NCBI GenBank assembly: GCA_044376115.1 | Contig: JBILLK010000030.1 | Span: forward strand, 64,001-128,000 | DNA from: Polyangiaceae bacterium | Lineage (GTDB): Bacteria > Myxococcota_A > Polyangia > Polyangiales > Polyangiaceae | Reading direction: 5' to 3' | DNA: 64,000 nucleotides | In this document: positions 9,998 to 19,159 of the stretch, one piece after another | Position numbering within the stretch: position 1 is the stretch's first letter | Layout: each line of letters begins with the position of its first letter | Position numbers and translations under genes: made by a program | Notes under the pieces: model-generated | Database searches by the model: none | What the model was told of the DNA's origin: nothing | The model's input: the letters and a program-made list of their open reading frames with translations, nothing else

Positions 9998-10777
9998 ATG
10001 AAGACGAGCTTCCTCGGGTTTGCGATGGTGCTAACGGCGATGACCGGCTGCAACGCCACGGTCAGCAACGGCAACTGCGAAGAGCCGGAGCCCGGCGGCT
10101 CAGGTGGTTGCGGGGCCACGTGGGAGTGTATCGACGGTGAGTGGGTAGATACCTCCGAACAAGCCGTGGACAACTGTCTCCCGCCCAGCGAATGCCCGGC
10201 GACGTTGCCCGAGTTCGGCTCGCCCTGCAACGGCTCGACGCAATGCGAATACCCCGGCACCGACGAAGAGTGCGGTGATCCAAACCAGCCTTTTTACGCC
10301 GACTGCGTCGATGGTGCGTGGCAGATCTCGACGACGCGCTGCTCCCCTCCGCCGGAGTGCCCGGAGCTGATGCCAACCGCGGGCACCGATTGCACCGGCT
10401 GGGACTACGCCTTCGCCTGCTCGTATGAAATCGACTGCGGTGCGGGTCCCACGCCGCTCTTGATGAGCTGCAGCTTCGAGTCTGGAGCGGCGCTCTGGCA
10501 GGTCGACTCGGGCATGGGCTGCACCGACTGCATCGGTCTGGACCCCGCCACGTGTGCGGCAAGCGAGTGTCAGTGGCTCACGCCCGGGTGTGAAGCCGGT
10601 GCGCCGCCGCTCGTAGAGGGTTGCTACCCGAAGCTCGACTGCCAATCGGATGGTTGCAACGGCGACCTGCAGTGCGTGCTCTATTCCTACAACCCCTGCG
10701 CCGGCGCTGAATGTGACGCGTGCGGCGCGACCTTTGGCGTTTGCGAAGAGCCGCCCCCGCCGCCTCCTCAGCCGTAG
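9998..10777 (+). CDS. Cys-rich lipoprotein
   Basis: lipobox MTGC; repeated CP...P..G..C....C.Y modules. Confidence 0.75.
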   Translation: MKTSFLGFAMVLTAMTGCNATVSNGNCEEPEPGGSGGCGATWECIDGEWVDTSEQAVDNCLPPSECPATLPEFGSPCNGSTQCEYPGTDEECGDPNQPFYADCVDGAWQISTTRCSPPPECPELMPTAGTDCTGWDYAFACSYEIDCGAGPTPLLMSCSFESGAALWQVDSGMGCTDCIGLDPATCAASECQWLTPGCEAGAPPLVEGCYPKLDCQSDGCNGDLQCVLYSYNPCAGAECDACGATFGVCEEPPPPPPQP

Positions 10778-11152
10778 TTACGGCCGCTGATCGCGCGGGA
10801 TGCAGTCTCCGTGGACGAAACCATCTGCACTCGAGAAGGCATCCCCGAGCTCGATCGGCTCACCGCAGGCAGCGCACAACGAGCCTGCTTGATCGCGTCG
10901 GCGTACGAAGGGCCCGCGCGGAATGCGCCGCTTGCGAACCGGCGCCGGCGGGGGTTCCGCCCAAGCATCCCACGCTGAGGCTGGTCGGCGCGGACTCGAT
11001 CGACGCGGAGCTTGCACCGACGCAACGTCCTCGATCACGACCTTGCCCTCGCGGATCAGCCGACAGGCCTGGCGTGCGGCAGCGCTCGCTTCATGCTCGT
11101 TGGCCGAGCCGGCGAGCGCCGCGAGCTTGCGAACCTTGTCGGCGACGCTCAT
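10778..11152 (-). CDS. DUF2786-like N-terminal domain plus C-terminal CxxC...HxxC zinc finger
   Basis: DKVRKLAALAGSANEHEASAAARQACRLI; CAACGEPI...HGDC. Confidence 0.7.
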   Translation of the reverse strand: MSVADKVRKLAALAGSANEHEASAAARQACRLIREGKVVIEDVASVQAPRRSSPRRPASAWDAWAEPPPAPVRKRRIPRGPFVRRRDQAGSLCAACGEPIELGDAFSSADGFVHGDCIPRDQRP

Positions 11153-11180
11153 GCGTGAATGGACCCGTTAGCCATGCCCG

Positions 11181-12068
11181 TCATTCTTCAAGCGGTGTAG
11201 CGCGTTCCTCGAGGGGCGTCTTATCCGTCTGCGTCGCGAGCAGCGCGTACCACCCGAGGACGCTCGCGAAGCCTGCGCCGAAGACAGGCACAGGGAAGTG
11301 CCCAACGAAGGTAACGAGCAGGCTCGCGACGTTGTAGCTGACCGCAGCGCCTGCCAACGGCACCGCGAACCAAGTGCGAGGCCGGGCGAGGCCAACGAGC
11401 AAGAACGCCACCGCGACCGCGCAGGCTGCGACCCACAGCGGGCCTTGCTCGAAGGCGAGGTAGAAAACTCGCTCCACGTGAGCCACTGGCGCGAGCGGAT
11501 CGGCTCGTAGCCAGCTCAGCGCAGCTGCGCACAGCAGCGCCATTGCGCTCGAGAACCGTGCGAATCTTTGCGTGGGAGCGCGAGCGAGCAACAGCGCGAT
11601 ACCGCCCGCGGCGAGGGCGCTCGCCTGCCCAGCGTCCGGTTGCAACACGTGCACGACCGCTACCGTGAGCGTCGCTGCGAGCGCTCTTGTCCTTGCGCTC
11701 GCAGCGCGTGCGCCCAAGCCTAAGAGCAGGCACGGCGCTAGCGCAGCCGAGGCGTTGAGTTGCAGCCCGCCGAGGCTTAGCCAGCGCGTTACGCCCTCCA
11801 TTCCAGGCTGCAGCAACGTCGCACTGATGCCCAGCGCTGCCAGCGTCGGTGCCCAGGCCTCCAGCGTCTCCCGGCGAAAGCGTCGCGCCGCGAGGACCAG
11901 CCCAGCGCCGAGCAACATCGCAATCAGGTTGGGCGCATAGGCCGTCCAGCGCACGCCCTGCGATAGCGCGAGTCCGAGGCCAACCGCGGTCGCCGGGATC
12001 GGCGCGAGCAGAGCCAGGTGCTCGCTCGCATGCGGCGTCCTTGACTGAGCGGCCGCAGCGCCGTTCAC
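11181..12068 (-). CDS. multi-pass membrane protein, remote FtsW/RodA (SEDS)-like
   Basis: GTG at 12068 overlaps the TetR stop; EGVTRWLSLGGLQL and LQPDAG resemble SEDS motifs; FPVPVFGAG near the C-terminus. Confidence 0.6.
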   Translation of the reverse strand: MNGAAAAQSRTPHASEHLALLAPIPATAVGLGLALSQGVRWTAYAPNLIAMLLGAGLVLAARRFRRETLEAWAPTLAALGISATLLQPGMEGVTRWLSLGGLQLNASAALAPCLLLGLGARAASARTRALAATLTVAVVHVLQPDAGQASALAAGGIALLLARAPTQRFARFSSAMALLCAAALSWLRADPLAPVAHVERVFYLAFEQGPLWVAACAVAVAFLLVGLARPRTWFAVPLAGAAVSYNVASLLVTFVGHFPVPVFGAGFASVLGWYALLATQTDKTPLEERATPLEE

Positions 12069-12658
12069 GCGTCCGTACGCACCCCGAGCATCAGCACGCG
12101 AACGAGCTCGGTGAGGTTCTTGCGATGGGCTGCGACCGTGGTTGCGTCGTAGGCCGCACCGGAGGCCGCCCGGACGAGCAAGTGAGCCAGGCCGGTGGCC
12201 GTCAAGCCTGCGCGCGTTAGGTCGACCTCTTCGGACTCTTCGATCGCCGCTGCGAGCAAGCGCAAAAACGCCTTGTCCGCACGCGCGATGGTCTCGGCTC
12301 CGAGGCGGCTCTGCGAGTCGATCAGCTCCTGGGCGTGCGGCGAACGCTGCACCAGCTCCCAATAGCGCGTGAACTTTGCGGCCAGCATCCCGGCCAAACG
12401 ATCGTCGATGGAGCCGCGTCCACGGCCGGCCGCTTCGGCGCGCGCGATCAGGTCTTCGCACACGGCAACCACTACCGCTTCGAACACCGCGTCTTTGTCT
12501 TTGAAGTACGCGTAGACGGTAGGTTTCGCCACGCCGGCCTCGGCCGCGAGCAGGTCGATCGAGGTGCGCTTGAAGCCATAGCGACTGAAGAGCGTGGTTG
12601 CCGCGTTGACGATTCGTACGCGCTTCTCTTCAGCTCGCGGGGCCTCCTTGGGCGACAT
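12065..12658 (-). CDS. TetR/AcrR family regulator
   Basis: IVNAATTLFSRYGFKRTSIDLLAAEAGVAKPTVYAYFKDKD. Confidence 0.92.
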   Translation of the reverse strand: MSPKEAPRAEEKRVRIVNAATTLFSRYGFKRTSIDLLAAEAGVAKPTVYAYFKDKDAVFEAVVVAVCEDLIARAEAAGRGRGSIDDRLAGMLAAKFTRYWELVQRSPHAQELIDSQSRLGAETIARADKAFLRLLAAAIEESEEVDLTRAGLTATGLAHLLVRAASGAAYDATTVAAHRKNLTELVRVLMLGVRTDA

Positions 12659-12686
12659 GTCGGCACCTTAACATGTTTTGTAACAT

Positions 12687-12712
12687 TGAACCGAATTGAC
12701 ATATTTAGTTCA
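12687..12712. promoter_or_regulatory. putative TetR operator overlapping a TTGACA -35 box
   Basis: TGAACcgAAT-tgacat-ATTtaGTTCA imperfect palindrome (8/10); TTGACA at 12696-12701; lies between divergent genes. Confidence 0.55.
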
Positions 12713-12742
12713 GTGAGTAAGTGTTCGGCCAGGAGAAAACCC

Positions 12743-13798
12743 ATGCATGTTCTCGTCACCGGTGCCTCTGGCTTCATCGCTAGCCATATCGTTCAGCAGC
12801 TCTTGGCCAAGGGCCACCGCGTGCGCGGCACCGTGCGCTCCCTCGCCAAAGAGAAGGACCTAGCGAGGTTGCGGGCGCTTCCGGGCGCTGCTGAGCAGCT
12901 CAGCTTCGTCGCTGCGGATCTGCGTACGCCAGGCGGCTTTGACGAGGCCGTGCGCGGTTGTGATGCCGTCTTGCATACCGCCAGCCCCTACTCGTTGGAC
13001 GCCAAAGACCCGCAGAAGGATCTCGTGGACCCGGCGGTGATGGGCACACGCAACGTGCTGCTCGCCTGTCAGAAGGCACCCTCGGTCAAGCGGGTGATCG
13101 TGACCTCATCGATGGCTGCCATCACCGATGAGCCGGAGAGTGACCACCTTCTGACGGAGGCGGATTGGAACACCAAATCCAGCTTGGAGCGCAACCCGTA
13201 CTACTACTCAAAGACTCTCGCGGAGCGCGCAGCGTGGGAGTTCCTCGAGCGGGAGAAGCCCAGCTTTGACCTGGTGGTGATCAACCCGTTCTTGGTCATC
13301 GGCCCTTCTCTCTCTCTGGGCATCAATACCTCGAACCAACTGTTCGTGGATCTCTTGGCTGGGACGTACCCCGGCATCATGAACCTTACCTGGGGCTTCG
13401 TGGACGTGCGTGACGTCGCGGATGCGCACGTTCGTGCGCTTGAAACGCCCGGGGCGAAAGGGCGCTACATCACCGCGGGGGAGACCATTGGGATGCGCGC
13501 CCTGGTTGAACTCTTGGAAAAGAATGGTTGGGCGAGCGGTAACAAGCTTCCCAAGCTCGGCATGGATTGCGGTGCTGGAGATTTCGCTGTGCGGCTCTCC
13601 TCGTACCTTCAGCCCAAGGGCGTCGGGTCCTACTTGCGAACCCACGTAGGGCGTGTCCCGCGGTATGACACGAGCAAGGTGCGTAATGAGCTTGGCGTCA
13701 GCTTTCGCAGCGCAGAGAGCTCCGTCCTCGATACCCTCGCGGATCTCGAGCGCGAGGGTCACGTGAAGCGTCAGGCTGGTGCGGCTGCTTCGCGCTAG
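12743..13798 (+). CDS. NAD-dependent epimerase/dehydratase (aldehyde reductase/DFR-like extended SDR)
   Basis: AGGAG RBS; VLVTGASGFIA, HTASP, TSSMAA, YYYSKTLAE, VDVRDVA. Confidence 0.92.
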   Translation: MHVLVTGASGFIASHIVQQLLAKGHRVRGTVRSLAKEKDLARLRALPGAAEQLSFVAADLRTPGGFDEAVRGCDAVLHTASPYSLDAKDPQKDLVDPAVMGTRNVLLACQKAPSVKRVIVTSSMAAITDEPESDHLLTEADWNTKSSLERNPYYYSKTLAERAAWEFLEREKPSFDLVVINPFLVIGPSLSLGINTSNQLFVDLLAGTYPGIMNLTWGFVDVRDVADAHVRALETPGAKGRYITAGETIGMRALVELLEKNGWASGNKLPKLGMDCGAGDFAVRLSSYLQPKGVGSYLRTHVGRVPRYDTSKVRNELGVSFRSAESSVLDTLADLEREGHVKRQAGAAASR

Positions 13799-13807
13799 TG
13801 CGTCAGG

Positions 13808-14794
13808 CTAGAACGCCCAGCGGGCTGAAGCGCTCGTGGGTCCGAGTTGCCATTGTGGGGTGAAGCGTGGGCCCGGCCCGACGGGCTCGCTGACGTCGGG
13901 TTCCCCGGAGCCCCAAAGCACGAGCGGTAGCCCGACGCCCACCAGGGCCAAGCCACCAATCAGTGTAGCCGGCGTGCCGGGGTAGAAGTCGGGCGTGTAG
14001 TCCTCGACGCGCCGCTCGCGCATAGCGTCGGCGAACAAACCGAACGACATCGAAACGGCGGCCATCGAGCCCAAGGTGATGCACACGATCCCGGCCTCCA
14101 CCGCCGCCTTCGAACGCATGGCTTGAACGCCGATCTCATCCTCGCGCGCACCGTGCACCGTCATGGCGATACCGCCTCCAAGCGCAGCCAGCGACGCTCC
14201 CCAAAGGCCCCATACCTCCGAGTCGGAGGAGCCGTCCTGCCCAGCCTCGGCCAGCAAAGCTCCGCTCACCGAGAGGGTCGCGACGCCACCGATCGTAATC
14301 ATGCCGATGCCGGTCCCCGTCATGCCGGGCGAACGCATACGCAGGTTGTCCTCCGGATAGGTTGGTACCGAACTGGCCCCTACAGCAATGAAAGGAATCC
14401 CAAAGGCGAGCAGGCCCGCCGCTGGACCAAGCGTCAGAACCCCAGGAATGATCGTGTCTTCGGAGGTGACGAGTCCTGTCCCCAACGCTGCGAGCGCCGC
14501 TCCTGCTGCGGTGAAAACGATGCCGGTGACCATCAGCGAGCGGCTTCGAAGTTCGGTCGGGGCTGGCGCTGGGGAGGCCCAGGCCCACGGCCTCACCCAC
14601 GGGCCTGACGGAGGCGGAGCGGCCGGCGTCCACGCTGGAGCTGGCGCCCAAGGCTCGCTGGCCGGCGGCGCCCAAGGCTCGCTGGCCGGCGGCGCTGGTT
14701 CCGCGGACTGCGCATCACTCCGCGCAGGAGCGAACGCGCCCCCGAGGAGGGCCGTAAGAAGCCAAACCGATCGATAGTGAAGCTGCGCCCGCAT
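13808..14794 (-). CDS. secreted/membrane hypothetical protein with repeated Gly-rich hydrophobic hairpins
   Basis: signal peptide, Pro/Trp linker, three R-S-led hydrophobic hairpin units, ends ARWAF. Confidence 0.7.
   Translation of the reverse strand: MRAQLHYRSVWLLTALLGGAFAPARSDAQSAEPAPPASEPWAPPASEPWAPAPAWTPAAPPPSGPWVRPWAWASPAPAPTELRSRSLMVTGIVFTAAGAALAALGTGLVTSEDTIIPGVLTLGPAAGLLAFGIPFIAVGASSVPTYPEDNLRMRSPGMTGTGIGMITIGGVATLSVSGALLAEAGQDGSSDSEVWGLWGASLAALGGGIAMTVHGAREDEIGVQAMRSKAAVEAGIVCITLGSMAAVSMSFGLFADAMRERRVEDYTPDFYPGTPATLIGGLALVGVGLPLVLWGSGEPDVSEPVGPGPRFTPQWQLGPTSASARWAF
14643..14690. repeat. 24-bp tandem duplication within the CDS (encodes APPASEPW twice)
   Basis: ggcgcccaaggctcgctggccggc present twice, exact. 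Confidence 0.85.
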
Positions 14795-14859
14795 GCAATT
14801 GGGCGGAGCACAATCTCAGCCAACGGTGCGTCGGGATTTGGACGGCTCGAGCGATGCGC

Positions 14860-15426
14860 TCAGAAGGCGTATCCAACCGTGGCGTCAGCGTGGGGATAGG
14901 CGCCGCGAAAGCTGCGCTCCGAAGCCGGCCCCGGCAAGACCACCGCGTGGTACTGGCCTCCGGCTCCGATCGCGAGGTGCAGATGATCGAGCAGCAACAG
15001 CGCGTAGCCGGCGCTCACGCCGAGCGCTGCAGCCAAGCCAACTCGACTTTCCCCAGCCACCTCGGCGGTCGCGAAGCCGCCTTGTACGAACGGTGAGATC
15101 CAGAAGCCCTCGGGCGCCTCATCCGTCAGATAGAACATCGGCCTGAGTCGAAGAACGAAGCCCATCGTGTCGAGCGCCTCTTCGGTCTGCGTCCACGGTA
15201 CATACCAATCGAGGTTGGCCTGCAATGCGACCCGCGGTGCCACCGTGCGCTGCACACCTGCGCCGACGACGTGCAGACCAAGGTCGGCGAGCACAATCGT
15301 CTGTGGCGCTTCGGTGGCCTGCGGCGCTTCGATCGTCTGTGGCGGAGGGGCCGCCTGTCCGAGCGCACACGGCGCAGCGCCGAGCACGAGCAGCCCGACG
15401 GCTAGGTGCAGCAAGCGAAAGGTCAT
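14860..15426 (-). CDS. small outer-membrane beta-barrel-like protein
   Basis: signal peptide, alternating beta pattern, C-terminal TVGYAF. Confidence 0.7.
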   Translation of the reverse strand: MTFRLLHLAVGLLVLGAAPCALGQAAPPPQTIEAPQATEAPQTIVLADLGLHVVGAGVQRTVAPRVALQANLDWYVPWTQTEEALDTMGFVLRLRPMFYLTDEAPEGFWISPFVQGGFATAEVAGESRVGLAAALGVSAGYALLLLDHLHLAIGAGGQYHAVVLPGPASERSFRGAYPHADATVGYAF

Positions 15427-15494
15427 GGCTCCTGATATCACCTTGCTCGCTGGCTGTACCGTTCGCTCGAGCCGTGCCGTGTCAGCTCTCGCTC

Positions 15495-15722
15495 TCAGGG
15501 TTCCCCGACGGTCTTGCAGGTCATCGTCGTGCCCCTCTTGTTTGCCTCGCAGCGCAGCAGCGTTCCCCAGGCCGAGAAAGGGCTCTGCTTGAGCCGCGTC
15601 ATATAATAGGTATCGCTGTCCGGTTCGCGGCGAATGCTTGTGTAGGTGGCCTGACAGCCCGTCATCGCGAGCAGCGAGCCGACCAGGGCGCAGGCCGCGA
15701 ACGTTGTGGATCGAGCGCTCAT
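15495..15722 (-). CDS. small lipoprotein (75 aa)
   Basis: ATG overlaps the upstream stop (ATGA); lipobox MTGC; two further Cys. Confidence 0.7.
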   Translation of the reverse strand: MSARSTTFAACALVGSLLAMTGCQATYTSIRREPDSDTYYMTRLKQSPFSAWGTLLRCEANKRGTTMTCKTVGEP

Positions 15723-15913
15723 TCGTCCACCCTCATTTCTACTTCGATGCATTCTTTGTCGCCGTCCTCGGGGCACAGCCACAGCAGCGGAGCAGAGCCC
15801 CGACTGCCAGCCATGTAGACCCAGCCTTCACGAGGCGATGGAGCCGAGCTCCACGCCGTGGTTACGCATCCACTCGCGCCGAGCGCGAGACTGAAGAGCA
15901 CGCAAAACCTCAC
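15719..15913 (-). CDS. small lipoprotein (64 aa)
   Basis: signal with ASGC lipobox; two further Cys; coupled to the next gene. Confidence 0.6.
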   Translation of the reverse strand: MRFCVLFSLALGASGCVTTAWSSAPSPREGWVYMAGSRGSAPLLWLCPEDGDKECIEVEMRVDE

Positions 15914-15994
15914 GTCGATCCCCTTTCAAGCCACAACAATGTGGCCCTGGCACGCTAGGCGGCCGCGCGCCCCGAGCCAAGGGCAGATCCGTGC

Positions 15995-16777
15995 TCAGTC
16001 GCCCTGGCAGACCCCGAACTGACCGCTCGAAGGCGCGAGGCTGTTCTCGGCGAAGGGGACGGCTTCGTCCTCGATCACTTGCCCGAACACGTCGGTCACG
16101 CGCAGCGCGTAAGGGCCGTCACCGAGCCCGCTATCCGTAACGAAGTAGTTGTAGTCGAGCCGCTGGATAGCATTGTAGTTGCCCGCCGCGTCGCGCGCTT
16201 CGAGCGAGGCGATCGCGTAGGTATGGTTGCGCAGTTGGATCGCCGTCCAAAACGGGTTCGACCCCTCTTTAAAGTGGTATTGCATCGGCCCTTGTACGTC
16301 GCAAGCGACGTAGCGCCAGGAGATGTCGACCCGACCTTGCTCGAGAGGCGCAATGAGCGCGAACGCCTCCGGGCTCAGATCGATGTCGCCCTGCGGGCAC
16401 TCGGGGCAACGGTCCACGATGCGCACCTCGATCATTCCGTTCGGCCCGGTGACCTCCACACACGCGCCGCAGCTGGCGCTGCCGGCGTAGTCGGTCTGGT
16501 TCATCGCGCCGACCATGAGATCGTCGGGCGTCGCAGGGAAGCTGCAGTTCCCGCTGCCATCGGCGAAGTCGTAGAACGTCGCTTCGCCCTGGTGGAGCGT
16601 CAGGTCGGCGTCGCAGTTGGGGTTCAACGGGGCGCCCCCCGTGCCGGGGCCGCTCGAGGTTGGGCCCGCGCCCGCGCCCCCACCTCCACCTCCATCCGCG
16701 CTCCCGCCGGAACCAGAAACCGCGTCCCCGCAGCCAGCCAACGCAACCACGACGAAACAAGAAGCTAGCGATCGCAC
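15995..16777 (-). CDS. bacterial expansin (EXLX1-like) lipoprotein
   Basis: lipobox LAGC; GEATFY, CGACVEV, IVDRCPEC, DLSPEAF (DPBB domain); FKEGSNPFW..IQLRNH, YNYF (CBM63-like). Confidence 0.9.
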   Translation of the reverse strand: MRSLASCFVVVALAGCGDAVSGSGGSADGGGGGGAGAGPTSSGPGTGGAPLNPNCDADLTLHQGEATFYDFADGSGNCSFPATPDDLMVGAMNQTDYAGSASCGACVEVTGPNGMIEVRIVDRCPECPQGDIDLSPEAFALIAPLEQGRVDISWRYVACDVQGPMQYHFKEGSNPFWTAIQLRNHTYAIASLEARDAAGNYNAIQRLDYNYFVTDSGLGDGPYALRVTDVFGQVIEDEAVPFAENSLAPSSGQFGVCQGD

Positions 16778-16853
16778 TTCCTGAGCGTAGCGGAAGAGGG
16801 CGTTTGCGGATTGAGCAGAATGGGCCTTCCCGCAGGGGCGCCCGCTTCGACAC

Positions 16854-18317
16854 TCACTCGCTAGCGCCAACCGCACGAATGAGGCGTAGCGCCGTGTTGA
16901 AGGGCGCGCCGAAGCGCTTCTTGGCGTGGCTGACCAACGTCTTTTGGGAGGCCACATTGTGAAACATGCTGTCGCCAAAGGGCATCTCGAGCAGGACGAG
17001 CGGCAGTACCCACGGGGCTGCCGGGTCGTCGGCGACGAGATCGAGCAGCTCCTCATACGAGAGGAGCATGCCGTTCGGGTTTCGGCCGAAGTGCGTCAAG
17101 CGTAAGGCAAAGACGTGCGCAGCGAGCCCCGCTCCACCCTCGCGGATCAGGCGAGCGCGCTCGTCGAGCCGCGCCTGGTAGTCGAGATCCGTGGCCAGGA
17201 TGGAGAAAAGGTCTGCAGATGCGAGCCGCATTTTGCTCGCTGTGGGAGCGCTCTCGCGGGCAACGCGCAGATCGCGAAGCGCCTGCAAGCGCGGGTCGTC
17301 GAGCACACGAAGCAGCCCCTGGCAGGCGCTTTTGACGGCTGCCTTGCGCGATTTGGCTCCCTCGCTGAGGGCTGGTCGAGCGCGTTGCTCCAGCATCGCG
17401 AGCGCCCCGATCGCAGCGCCGCGCAGCACGGCCGAACTCTTGCCCGTCCAGCTGACCAGCTCCTGCGCGGCCTCCTCGGCTTGCAACATCCCGAGCGCAC
17501 TCAATGCGATTCGCGACGAGCGTGGACGCGGGCTCTTCTGCCGAAGCATCGACAAGAGTCGAGGCACGAGGTCGAGGCCGCGATCGGCGACCGCCCGGGC
17601 ATAGCCGAAGAGCTGGCTCTCGACTTCCGCGGACCAGCCGCTCTCAGCTTGCTCAAAGAGCTGATCGAGCTCGGGAATGGCTGGCGCCGGCGGAACCGGG
17701 CGTCGGACGGCAATCCGATTCGGTTCGACCCCGCGAAGCACGATGCAATGCCGACAGATCAAGTACACGGGCTTAGCGCTCGCGATGGCCGCACGAAGCG
17801 CGAGCAAGCCGACACCTGTTAGCTCTTCGAGCAACCTCCAGGGGTCACGTCGATGCAGCTGCTTGGCGGCGACGTCCGGCGCTCGCTCGAAGTCGTTCTC
17901 ATCGCGACAAATGACCTTAAAGTCCTCTTGGACCATCAACACTCGGTCGAACGCAGGCCGCTTTTGGTCGTGCTCGATATGCACATAGGACGTCAGGTCG
18001 CCGATGCGCTCGACGAGGTGTTCGCCCTCGATCCATTGGCGCGACTCAGGACTACCGCCGTAGAAGACGACATGCCATCCAGGAATCTCCGCTACCCAAC
18101 TCCAAAGCTCATCCGGCAGCTCGGAGTGCTCGAGCGCCGGCCGCGCAAAATCGATCAGCGCCGCGAGCACCTTTTCGATCGGGGTATCGGTCCGGACCAA
18201 CAAGGCGTCGAAGCGGCCCGCACTCGTCTGACTTCCTGGGCCGTTCCGGGCCAGCTTCGCTTCGAAGACGTCGGCCTGTTCACGCGCGCGTTCCCGGTAT
18301 GTCGCCTCGGCGTTCAC
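16854..18317 (-). CDS. hypothetical protein with HEAT-like repeats
   Basis: long ORF; IALSALGML, VLRGAAIGALA, VKSAC..LL helical repeats; start inferred. Confidence 0.6.
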   Translation of the reverse strand: MNAEATYRERAREQADVFEAKLARNGPGSQTSAGRFDALLVRTDTPIEKVLAALIDFARPALEHSELPDELWSWVAEIPGWHVVFYGGSPESRQWIEGEHLVERIGDLTSYVHIEHDQKRPAFDRVLMVQEDFKVICRDENDFERAPDVAAKQLHRRDPWRLLEELTGVGLLALRAAIASAKPVYLICRHCIVLRGVEPNRIAVRRPVPPAPAIPELDQLFEQAESGWSAEVESQLFGYARAVADRGLDLVPRLLSMLRQKSPRPRSSRIALSALGMLQAEEAAQELVSWTGKSSAVLRGAAIGALAMLEQRARPALSEGAKSRKAAVKSACQGLLRVLDDPRLQALRDLRVARESAPTASKMRLASADLFSILATDLDYQARLDERARLIREGGAGLAAHVFALRLTHFGRNPNGMLLSYEELLDLVADDPAAPWVLPLVLLEMPFGDSMFHNVASQKTLVSHAKKRFGAPFNTALRLIRAVGASE

Positions 18318-18584
18318 CTGACCTTGGTAACACGATGGATGGGCTAAGGACCAACCCAGCCCTCGAGGCTCAAGGCGACGTCTGCGTGGTACCAATACCC
18401 TCCCGATGCCTGGCTGGTCGCGGGGCCCTCGTTGCCAAGCCCAAATCGGTTCGCGACCGAAACGTCACTGAAGCCAAAGGCTGCGCCGGAGGCGTACCAA
18501 AGAGCGAGCGACATGTCGCCCGACTGAGGATAGTCGTTTTGGTAATAGGAGGCTTCGTCGTGGAACTGAATCACCGAACATTGG

Positions 18585-19127
18585 TTGGCCTGGTCTGAGA
18601 ATGGTAGTGTTGCGTATGCTTCGCTTCGCTGGGTTTCCTTGCTGCTGCTCGCGGGCTGCCCACTGCTGGTCTCAGAGGCTCCGAGTGAGGTCGTTGACGA
18701 TGGCAGCTCGAGCTCTACGGGCTCATCGGCGACCCGCTATCGTTGCAACGAGACGGTCTATACCTGCGACTGCGTGGTCGACGCGGCCGGATCGGAAACC
18801 TCGCCGTATTGCTTCCCCAACGACTCGTCTGCCGCCTCGATCTATTGTTGCGCTTCCCCAGCTTGGCCGAATGAAGGGCAGTGCTACTGCGTCACCATGG
18901 CTTGTACCAGCGTGGCGAACGACCGCTGCGAGTGCAGGGCGCAAAGCAATGAGGGCTCGGACTCTTGCTCCGCAAGTGGGAACTCCTGTCAGACCGATTG
19001 GGGCTGTTATGACGTTGGTTCGGCCAACAACTGTCCAGAGGGTGGAACGCACCGAGACGCGCCCTGTGCCATCGACGCTTTGAGTTGCCCAGATGGCCGC
19101 CTGAACGTTTTTCGCTGCGGCGAGTAG
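18585..19127 (+). CDS. Cys-rich lipoprotein
   Basis: lipobox LLAGC, Ser-rich linker, many Cys; start uncertain. Confidence 0.65.
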   Translation: MAWSENGSVAYASLRWVSLLLLAGCPLLVSEAPSEVVDDGSSSSTGSSATRYRCNETVYTCDCVVDAAGSETSPYCFPNDSSAASIYCCASPAWPNEGQCYCVTMACTSVANDRCECRAQSNEGSDSCSASGNSCQTDWGCYDVGSANNCPEGGTHRDAPCAIDALSCPDGRLNVFRCGE

Positions 19128-19159
19128 CGTCCGCCGCGCTATTGTCCAATCGCTAATGG

